64,000 nt of DNA from Planctomycetota bacterium (GTDB taxonomy: Bacteria; Planctomycetota; PLA2; JAEUHO01): assembly GCA_965223505.1 (NCBI GenBank), contig CBDCWP010000021.1, positions 288,001 through 352,000 on the forward strand, given 5' to 3'. This document shows positions 56,614 to 64,000 of this stretch, piece after piece; within the stretch, counting starts at the first letter, position 1, and every line of letters begins with the position of its first letter. The notes under the pieces were generated by a model, which saw nothing but the letters and a program-made list of their open reading frames with translations, searched no databases and had not been told where the DNA came from. A program made the position numbers and the translations under genes.

Positions 56614-57156
56614 TTACCGCAGGCGATCGTAGGCAGCTCGCAGGCGTTTGAACTTCTGCTCTGCCAGCGCCTGAAACTCGTCGTCGAGATGGGCGACTTT
56701 GTCGGGGTGGCAGGTGAGGGAACGTTCGCGAAATGCCTGGTCGATTGCGGCTTCGTCAGCAGTCGCGCCGATGCCGAGGACCTCGAGCGCCTCGGCGATG
56801 CTCATCCTCTCGTCGCCTTCCGCCGCGTCGGTTTCGTCCGACGGCGACGACGCCGGGTCTCGAGGCGGCAGCTCCGGCTCGGGGACCTCGTGCACGCGAT
56901 TTGCGTCGGCCGGTTCGCCGGTGACCCAAGGAGGGCGTCGTTCCTCCGGCGGAACGTGCCGCGGAGGCGGCTTGCCGGGCGGTGCGTAGCGGCCCTCGCC
57001 GTGGGGAATCAGCCGCAGCTTCTTGTGGCAGCCCGGGCACAGGAACTCGACGAGCGGGCCGCCGGCCGCGGCGCGCCGGGGGCGCAGGATGCCGACGCCC
57101 GCGACCTCGGACGACGTGTACGGACGCGAGCATCGGGGGCAGGAGCCGATCTCCAT
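56614..57156 (-). CDS. J-domain protein with an N-terminal CxxC...CxxC zinc-ribbon
   Basis: CPRC...CPGC; C-terminal ALEVLG...AFRERSLTCHPDKV...KFKRLRAAYDRL (HPD). Confidence 0.85.
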   Translation of the reverse strand: MEIGSCPRCSRPYTSSEVAGVGILRPRRAAAGGPLVEFLCPGCHKKLRLIPHGEGRYAPPGKPPPRHVPPEERRPPWVTGEPADANRVHEVPEPELPPRDPASSPSDETDAAEGDERMSIAEALEVLGIGATADEAAIDQAFRERSLTCHPDKVAHLDDEFQALAEQKFKRLRAAYDRLR

Positions 57157-57321
57157 GCGCGGAATTCTAGCCCACACGGACGCGCCCACGGCTTGACGAT
57201 CGGCGCGATTGGGCCAACATCTCGGGTTCGTCGGCGGAGAGACCCGCCGGCGGTGAGTCCCGAAGCCCCTGAGCGGTCGGCCTCGAACACCTCGGGGGGC
57301 GGGCGCGTCGAAGGGAAAGCC

Positions 57322-57447
57322 ATGAAGATCCGCACACGCAACACCACGAAGAAGCGGGCCAAGGTCGGGTTCCGCGCGCGCATGCGGACCAAGGCCGGTC
57401 GCAAGATCGTCAACCGTCGCCGTCGCCTGCGCGGCACGTTCCCGTAG
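57322..57447 (+). CDS. rpmH: 50S ribosomal protein L34
   Basis: 41 aa, MKIRTRNTTKKRAKVGFRARMRTKAGRKIVNRRRRLRGTFP, containing the L34 core GFRARMxTKxGR..RRR; not called as a separate ORF in the track. Confidence 0.85.
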   Translation: MKIRTRNTTKKRAKVGFRARMRTKAGRKIVNRRRRLRGTFP

Positions 57448-57547
57448 GCGCGAGTCCCGGGCCCGCGCGCCACGCACGCACCGGCACGATTCGAAGGCGT
57501 CCGTCGCGCCGCGATTCCCTCTTGGGGTACGCTCGCAGCGAGGTCGC

Positions 57548-58528
57548 ATGAGCGCTCGAGACGGGCAGACGAGTCGCAGAGGGTTCTTGAAGGGCGCCGC
57601 TGCCGCCGCCGGCGCGGCGGTCTACCTGCCGGCCGTCGCCGCCGCGGAGCCGGACCGCGCTGCCATGCCGATGCGTACGTTCGGCAAGACCGACTGCAAG
57701 GTGTCCTTGTTCGGTCTGGGCTGCTATCCGCTCGGCGCGCTGCGCGATCCGGACGAAGGGTCGGCGCTCGTCGTGCGCGCGCTCGATGGCGGCTGCAACT
57801 ACATCGACACGGCTCCGAGCTACAAGAACGGGAACAGCGAGCGCCGCGTCGGCAACGCGCTCCGGCAGCGCAAGCGCAGCGACGTCTTCCTGGCGACCAA
57901 GACGCTCGAACGCACGGCGGACGGCGCGCGCCGGGAGCTCGAACAGAGCCTGAAACGGCTGAAGGTCGACGCGGTCGATCTCATCCAGATCCACGCCGTG
58001 CGAACGGAGTCCGATCTCGCACGCGTGCTCGACTTGAAGCGCGGGCCGCTCCCGGGCCTGCTGAAGGCGAAGGAAGAGAAGCTGGTCCGCTTCATCGGCG
58101 TCACCGGTCACACCGACCCCACCGTCATGCGCAAGACGTTCGAGGGGTGGGGGTTCGACTCGATCCTCTTTCCGCTCAACTGCGTCGACCCCAATCACCG
58201 CACCAAGACCGATCCGCCGGAGCGACTGTCGTTCGTCGAGGAGACCTTGCCCGCCGCCGTGAAGAATGGTCTGGCACGCGTCGCCATGAAGGTCTTCGCG
58301 TCCGGGCGGCTGCCGAAGAAGGGCATCAGCGCCGAGCAGTGCCTGCGCTACACCTACGGTCTCGACATCGCGACGTGCACCGTCGGCTGCAAGACCGAAG
58401 CGGAGGTCGATCTCGCCTTGGGCGTCGCGAAGGCGTTCAAGCCCCTCTCCGCCGAGGCGTCGAAGGCGCTCGTCGAGTCGACACGCCCGTACCGGGGCAA
58501 GTCGACCGAGTGGTACAAGCGCGCGTAG
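57548..58528 (+). CDS. Aldo/keto reductase with a Tat signal
   Basis: SRRGFLK twin-arginine motif; NYIDTAPSY, FLATK, SLKRLKVD.VDL.QIH and IGVTGH. Confidence 0.9.
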   Translation: MSARDGQTSRRGFLKGAAAAAGAAVYLPAVAAAEPDRAAMPMRTFGKTDCKVSLFGLGCYPLGALRDPDEGSALVVRALDGGCNYIDTAPSYKNGNSERRVGNALRQRKRSDVFLATKTLERTADGARRELEQSLKRLKVDAVDLIQIHAVRTESDLARVLDLKRGPLPGLLKAKEEKLVRFIGVTGHTDPTVMRKTFEGWGFDSILFPLNCVDPNHRTKTDPPERLSFVEETLPAAVKNGLARVAMKVFASGRLPKKGISAEQCLRYTYGLDIATCTVGCKTEAEVDLALGVAKAFKPLSAEASKALVESTRPYRGKSTEWYKRA

Positions 58529-58622
58529 CGGGAGCGAGCCCGTCGATTCGCGGCAAAGCCCCCGTGAAGCGGTACCCTGCGAATCGTCCGCGAGAAGGGC
58601 CTCGCGGTCTGGAGGCGACCCC

Positions 58623-59657
58623 GTGCAACGCGCCATCGTGACCTTCATCCTTCTCATCGTCGTCATCGTGGCGTTGCTCGTCGCGTTCGGCGTGTTCGAG
58701 TCTCCCGAAGAAGCGCCCCCGAACGGCGGCGAGGAGCCGAACGAAACCGGCGCCACCGAGAACGGCACCGAGAGCGGCTTGCGTCCCACCACGCCGACGG
58801 AGATGCCCGACGCGGAGCTGCTCGACCTGGACAGCCCGTCCAAGGTCCTCTTCATCTCTCGCCGCCCGATGACCGCCAACAAGTACATGACGAACCAGTG
58901 GCCTTCGATTCCGGGTCTGAGCTTCCAGTCCTGGTACCTGTACGACGAACGCTCGACCGAGAGCGTCGTCCACGACATGGACCCGCTGACGTCCGCGCCG
59001 ACCGCTTCGTTGCTCGCCGACGAAGACTTCGATCTGCTGGTCATCGACAACTTCGATCCGGCCAAGTTTCCCGACACCTTCTGGAGTCGCGTGAAGGAGC
59101 GCGTCGAGAGCGGAAGGATGGGCTTGCTCGCGCTGGTCCAGCTGCCGCTGCGCGACGACGGGACGAAGACGGAGCCGTTGTTGGAGCATCAGTTCCTCAC
59201 GCACCCGATCGTCAAGACGCTCATGCCGGTCAAGTCGGCGAAGCAGGTGCGCGGCGATCCCACGACGGGACTCATCGCCGGCAGCTTCCGCAAGCGCCGG
59301 CCCTTCAAAGTCTCCGAAGCGGGGCAGCGCCACATCGCGACGCGGCTGACCGAGTGGCCGACCTGGAGTCCCCGGATCTGGGAGGCGTGGGGCGAAGGCA
59401 AGGGGGCCTTGACGACGATCTTCGGCTATCCGGTCGAAGAGGTGGCCGACGGAGCGAGAGTGCTGCTCTCCATCGACGGTGGCGGCGAGCCGGACGTGCC
59501 GGTCGTGATCGTCGGGGACGAGAGCAAGGGCGCTCGCGTGATGTGGGTGGGAACCCCCGAGTGGAGCTGGGAAGCGCACTTCGACGCGACGAAGTCGAAG
59601 CGCATGGCGACGGTCGTTCGCAACATCACCGTCTGGGCCGCGGGGGCCCGGAAGTAA
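58623..59657 (+). CDS. Membrane-anchored exported hypothetical protein
   Basis: N-terminal TM, Pro/Glu linker and alpha/beta domain; typical codon usage. Confidence 0.7.
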   Translation: MQRAIVTFILLIVVIVALLVAFGVFESPEEAPPNGGEEPNETGATENGTESGLRPTTPTEMPDAELLDLDSPSKVLFISRRPMTANKYMTNQWPSIPGLSFQSWYLYDERSTESVVHDMDPLTSAPTASLLADEDFDLLVIDNFDPAKFPDTFWSRVKERVESGRMGLLALVQLPLRDDGTKTEPLLEHQFLTHPIVKTLMPVKSAKQVRGDPTTGLIAGSFRKRRPFKVSEAGQRHIATRLTEWPTWSPRIWEAWGEGKGALTTIFGYPVEEVADGARVLLSIDGGGEPDVPVVIVGDESKGARVMWVGTPEWSWEAHFDATKSKRMATVVRNITVWAAGARK

Positions 59658-59660
59658 CGC

Positions 59661-62600
59661 CTACTCGCCCTGCGTCCGGCGCTTGGCGCGGCGCACCACG
59701 ATGTCGAGCCAGCCGCGTTCGTCGAGCGGCTCGAAGTACGGATCGGCCCTCACCTCGGCTTCGAGGTGCGGCGCCCGCACCAGGGCCTCCTCGAGCGCGC
59801 GCGCCGCGGGCGTGAGCCGGTTCAGCGCCGCGTAGGCCTGTGCGAGATGCAGGAAGGGATCCGCGTCGTGCTGGTCCGGCGCGAGGAGCAGCGGCCGTCG
59901 CAGCAGCATCAACGCCTCCTGCGGGCGGTCGCGCTTGAGCAGGACGTAGGCCAACGGATCCAACGTCTCGACGCGCGGCTCGTCGCGAACGCGTTGCTCC
60001 AGGTGCACGGCCCGCCGCGCTGCGTCCTCCGCGAGCGCGAGGTTGAAGTCCACACGCGCGCGTAGAAGAGCGACGGTTCGCAGAACGAATGCGTCCCCCG
60101 GCGCCCTGAGAATGGCGCGGCGGAACGCGGCTTCGGCAAGGGCGTCTTCGCCGTCGGCGGCGTGCACCTGTCCGCGCAAGGCGTCGAGCTTCGCGCGCGC
60201 GTACGTCCGGAGGTCGTACTTGGCCTCTTCGTAGTTGCGACGCGCGATGATGCGGACCACGGTCTCCTGCGCGCGCACGGCGTCGGTGTAGCGCCCCGCT
60301 CGGGCGAACACGTCGGCGCGCCGTGACGCCGATGCGTAGTCGGCGATTCCGTCGACCGGCGCCAGACGGCGAATGTAGCGCTCGACCGTCTCCGCGGCGC
60401 GCGGGCGAGCGCCGTCGCGCTCGTCGCGAAGCACGAGCGCGATCTTGAAGAGATACACGTCAGGAAACAGCGCGAGCGAGCTCGACTTGTGCGCCGATTC
60501 GAGCACCTTGCCCAACACGTCCGAGAGCGTCTCGTCGTCGGCGGTTCGAAGCTGCGCGAGAATGCGGCTCGCCTCCGGCGTCAGTACGTGATAGAGGCCC
60601 TCGGCGGTGTGCTCCAGATAGGGGAGCGGCGCAGGGGCGCGCGCCGCCGAGCCGACGCCGCCGGCGAAGAGCATGGAGCGCTGACGATCCGCCGCTTTCG
60701 TTGCGTACGTCGCCATCTGCGGGAGGAACAACAGCGCACCGAGCGCTTCGATGGACGCTTTCGACTTCGTTCTCATCACGCCGTACGCGAGCGCGCCGGC
60801 TCGATGCACGAACGGCTTCGTCGGCGCGCTGTCCGGATCGAGGTTCGCGGTGACGCCGTAGTACGTCTGCAGCTCGCTTTGCAGCGCGCCCAGCAACGCC
60901 TTCGCGGCGGCGGCGTCCCCCTCGACCCCGACGGCGCCGGCAACGAGCCACTGCAACATGCCGTCCTGGTTCCAGCCTTCCGGCGTCTCGGCCGCCGGAT
61001 TTGCGGGCGCGCCCTGGACCGACGTTCCGTACAACCAGGCGGCGAGCCGGCTACGGGCCTTCGGGCGCACGCGGCCGATCAACATGCGCGCGGCGACGAG
61101 TCGCACGCCGATCTGCACCAACGGGTCGAGTGTGGTTTCGACGACGGCGCTCTCGATCTTGTCCCACGGCTGGAAGCGCAAGGCACGCAACACGTCCTGG
61201 GCGAGGCCGACCTCGTCGTTCTCGGTGCTGTCGGCCAGCGCTTTGCCGTTACGCGCGAGTACCAGGATCGGCAGCAGGAGATCCGCGAGATCGGGAGCGC
61301 CCGGGTGATCGAGGGAGGCCACCGCGGTGAGCCACGACTTGCGTGCGTTCGGTGCGAGCAGGCGGCGCCAGAACGCCGTGATCTCGTCGCCGCGGTGTCG
61401 CCATCGACCTTCCAGGACGTCCGTTACGGGACCGAGGAACCGCGGCTCCTTGTCCAGTGTCGCCGCGATCGACAGCGCGAAGTCGACGGCCGCGTTCACC
61501 GCCGCCTCACCGCGCACGTCTTTGAGCTGCCGCAGCCACGCCTCCTGGCTGCGCGGGTGATCCGCCTGTTCCCAGACCTCGCGCACGTAGCGCACCGCGC
61601 GCTGCGGGTCTGTCACGACCCACGCGATCAACAGCGCCTCGCGTGCCTGGTCGAAGCGCGGCGCGACCGCTTCGAGCAACGCCTGGGTGCGCTCGGTGCG
61701 AACGTCGCGCCGTCGCGGGTCGGCCACGATGGCAAGCGCCGCTCGCTGCAGCGGCCAGCGGGGCTCGGCCAACGCGCGCTCGAGCAGTGTCCATCCGAGG
61801 TCGTCGATCGGTTCCCCGACGACGGGCGCGAGCCGCAGATCGGCGCGCTGGTAGGCGTCGGTTCCTTCGCGAAAGAGATCTTCGATGAGGATCGCGCGCG
61901 CCTCGGGCTCGGGGCGCCGTTCGAGCACGTCGATGGCGCGCAGCCGCAGCTCGACGGCCTCGGCATGAAGCGTCTCCCGTAGGAGCGGCAGCGCCCAGGA
62001 GGCGGGCTCTCCCACGAGCGCGTTCACGATGTCGAGCTTCAAGTAGACGGGCGCGTCGCTCGCCAGGATCTTGCGCGCGAGCCCTTCGTCACCGACGCGC
62101 TTCCAGCGGCTCAGGACCTCGCTTGCTTCCAATCGCAGGAAGCGCTGTCGGAACGGCAGCTTTGCGCGCGCCGCCTCCGTCTCGGCGTCGCCCGGCGCGA
62201 TCAGCTCGTGCAACACCGGCAGCGCCAGCTCCGGACCGAGCTCGCGGATGAGCACGATGCCGTGGCGCGGATAGAAGAACGCGCCGGCCTTGAGCCGCGT
62301 GAGGACGGGTTCGATGATCGGCGCGCCGAAGTCCGGCAGCCGCAGACGCAGCTTGTGCTCGGGAATGGCCGTGTCGAGATACGGGTCCATGTCCACCGGC
62401 CGCGCGATCCAGTCCACCATGCGTTCGAGCGCCCACGTGCGGTCCTCGTCCGTCGCGTCGGCGTGCTCGTACAGCGTGAGCGCCGCGTCGATGGCGATGC
62501 GGCGCAGGTGCACGCTGTCGTAGCCGTACTGCGGCGCACCCAGTGCCCAGCGGCGCAGCCCGGCGATGAAGTCGCCGCTGCCGTTCTCGAGGATCAAGAG

Positions 62601-63347
62601 GCGCAGTGTCTTCGGATCGGCGCCGACGCCCGGCTGTGCGAGCAGGTGCGATGCCTCCGATCGAACGGCGGCGGTGCGTCCGTGCAGATAGCCGTCCCGC
62701 GCCAGCGCGAGAACCGCGGCGCCGCGGTCGCCCGTTCGCAGGTGCGAACGAAGTCGATACGCGTGAAGGGACGACTCGCGGTCGGTCGGAAGCTCGCAGC
62801 GCGCCGTCACGGCTTCTGCCGCCTCCGACGCGAAGAGCGATCGCAGCGCCGCGGCGCGCACGCCTGACACGTCGTCGCGCGCCAGCGTTTCGAGCGCGCC
62901 GACCGCATCGATCGTGCGTCCGCGCCCCAGGCCTTCGGCCGCGATCATGCGCAGCACCGGACGGCGCTCCTTCGCCGCGCGAAGGAGCAGCAGGTCGGCC
63001 TCTTCGTGGTCGCTCACCGAGACGATCTGCAACAGGATCGGAAGCGCGCTACGCGGCACGCCGCCCCTGGCGAGTCGCGTCGCGACGGCCTGCAACCCGA
63101 CGTCGTCGAGCAACACGAGCAGCTTGCGCGACCACTCGAAGCCGTCACGAAACGGCGGCGAGCACAGGACGGTGATGGCGCTGTTGGCGAGCGCGCGCTC
63201 CGTCTCCGTCGGGACGACCGCGGCGATGCCTTCGGGAACGGGTCCGTAGGAGACCGCGTCGTCGTCAGCGCGCGCCGGTTGCGCACCGAGCGTGGGCAGC
63301 AGCGCGAGCAGCACGCCCCACAATCCGAGAGCGCGACGCACGATCAC
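59661..63347 (-). CDS. Large exported HEAT/TPR-repeat protein
   Basis: Signal peptide ending AQPARA|DDD; HEAT-like (VRAAALRSL) and C-terminal TPR segments; GTGA overlap with nnrD. Confidence 0.75.
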   Translation of the reverse strand: MIVRRALGLWGVLLALLPTLGAQPARADDDAVSYGPVPEGIAAVVPTETERALANSAITVLCSPPFRDGFEWSRKLLVLLDDVGLQAVATRLARGGVPRSALPILLQIVSVSDHEEADLLLLRAAKERRPVLRMIAAEGLGRGRTIDAVGALETLARDDVSGVRAAALRSLFASEAAEAVTARCELPTDRESSLHAYRLRSHLRTGDRGAAVLALARDGYLHGRTAAVRSEASHLLAQPGVGADPKTLRLLILENGSGDFIAGLRRWALGAPQYGYDSVHLRRIAIDAALTLYEHADATDEDRTWALERMVDWIARPVDMDPYLDTAIPEHKLRLRLPDFGAPIIEPVLTRLKAGAFFYPRHGIVLIRELGPELALPVLHELIAPGDAETEAARAKLPFRQRFLRLEASEVLSRWKRVGDEGLARKILASDAPVYLKLDIVNALVGEPASWALPLLRETLHAEAVELRLRAIDVLERRPEPEARAILIEDLFREGTDAYQRADLRLAPVVGEPIDDLGWTLLERALAEPRWPLQRAALAIVADPRRRDVRTERTQALLEAVAPRFDQAREALLIAWVVTDPQRAVRYVREVWEQADHPRSQEAWLRQLKDVRGEAAVNAAVDFALSIAATLDKEPRFLGPVTDVLEGRWRHRGDEITAFWRRLLAPNARKSWLTAVASLDHPGAPDLADLLLPILVLARNGKALADSTENDEVGLAQDVLRALRFQPWDKIESAVVETTLDPLVQIGVRLVAARMLIGRVRPKARSRLAAWLYGTSVQGAPANPAAETPEGWNQDGMLQWLVAGAVGVEGDAAAAKALLGALQSELQTYYGVTANLDPDSAPTKPFVHRAGALAYGVMRTKSKASIEALGALLFLPQMATYATKAADRQRSMLFAGGVGSAARAPAPLPYLEHTAEGLYHVLTPEASRILAQLRTADDETLSDVLGKVLESAHKSSSLALFPDVYLFKIALVLRDERDGARPRAAETVERYIRRLAPVDGIADYASASRRADVFARAGRYTDAVRAQETVVRIIARRNYEEAKYDLRTYARAKLDALRGQVHAADGEDALAEAAFRRAILRAPGDAFVLRTVALLRARVDFNLALAEDAARRAVHLEQRVRDEPRVETLDPLAYVLLKRDRPQEALMLLRRPLLLAPDQHDADPFLHLAQAYAALNRLTPAARALEEALVRAPHLEAEVRADPYFEPLDERGWLDIVVRRAKRRTQGE

Positions 63348-64000
63348 ACGTCTTTCCGCGCGCCCGGACGCACCCGTTCGGCGAGCGCACGCGGGATCGC
63401 GGCGGCGATCTCGGTTGCCAGGACGCCCCGGTCGGTCGTCTGCGCCAACAGGTCCGCGGCGGCGCCGTGAACGTGCACGGCCAGACAGGCCGACGCGAAC
63501 GCGTCCAGTGCGTTCGCCTCCATCTGCGCGATCAGCGCCCCGATGACACCCGCCAACACGTCGCCCGTTCCGCCGCTCGCGAGCACCGGCCCACCGGTAC
63601 GGTTCCGAAACATGCGTGTGCCGTCGGTGACGATGGTTCCGGGGCCCTTCAGGACCGTGACGGCGCCGGAGGCCTGTGCGATCTGAACCGCCGCCGCTTC
63701 GCGATCGGTCTTCACCGCCGCCGACGTGACGCCGAGCAGCCGCGCGGCTTCGCCTTCGTGCGGCGTGAGCACGGTCGGTCCCGGCCGCTCCTTCAGGGCT
63801 TCGAGGCGCTCGTTCCACGCGAAGAGTCCATCCGCATCCACGATCAGCGGACGTTGCGCGTCGTGCGCGAACTCGCGCACGACGCGCAACGTCGTCGCGT
63901 GACGCCCGGCGCCGGGCCCCAGCACGACCGCGTCCCACTGTGCAACCAGCGTGCGCAGCGACTCGAGCGCGGCTTCGCCCAGGCCGCCCTCGGCGTTTTC
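63344..64000 (-). CDS. nnrD: ADP-dependent NAD(P)H-hydrate dehydratase (YjeF C-terminal domain), 5'-truncated
   Basis: AVVLGPG, VDADGL, VLTPHEGEAARL, VLKG, LASGGTGDVLAG and HGAAAD; frame open to the window edge. Confidence 0.92.
   Translation of the reverse strand, partial: ENAEGGLGEAALESLRTLVAQWDAVVLGPGAGRHATTLRVVREFAHDAQRPLIVDADGLFAWNERLEALKERPGPTVLTPHEGEAARLLGVTSAAVKTDREAAAVQIAQASGAVTVLKGPGTIVTDGTRMFRNRTGGPVLASGGTGDVLAGVIGALIAQMEANALDAFASACLAVHVHGAAADLLAQTTDRGVLATEIAAAIPRALAERVRPGARKDV

Overview
A high-GC bacterial chromosome segment around the replication origin. It contains dnaA-[502 bp candidate oriC]-dnaN-dciA-gyrB, parB and rpmH. The gene content and order suggest a diderm, possibly a Planctomycetota-like organism; this is inference only. 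There are about 50 real CDSs, mostly housekeeping or envelope genes: rnhA, htrA, plsC, kdsC, a giant Lpt-like protein, tatA, an iscS-like gene, a trpG/pabA-like gene, pyrF, bshC-bshB1-bshA with a methyltransferase, a group-2 sigma factor, hemW, an acyl-CoA dehydrogenase, a UbiA prenyltransferase and nnrD. I recognised no tRNA, rRNA, CRISPR array or mobile element. Highlights: (1) two identical palindromes TGTTCCCCGGGGAACA directly upstream of an orphan parB look like a natural parS/NBS hybrid, and the ParB has Ala at the specificity position that is Gly in ParB and Arg in Noc; (2) an in-frame fusion of ScpA (SMC kleisin) and Fmt (methionyl-tRNA formyltransferase); (3) an accessory signalling cassette made of a pseudokinase-AAA-TPR-GAF-HK-REC protein, a small secreted protein, an atypical sigma54 activator, a sigma54-like promoter and an adenylate cyclase, with atypical-composition sensor regions; (4) a probable N-methyl-bacillithiol operon; (5) a recurrent 25-bp intergenic quasi-palindrome. 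All calls come from reading motifs by eye; no database searches were run.
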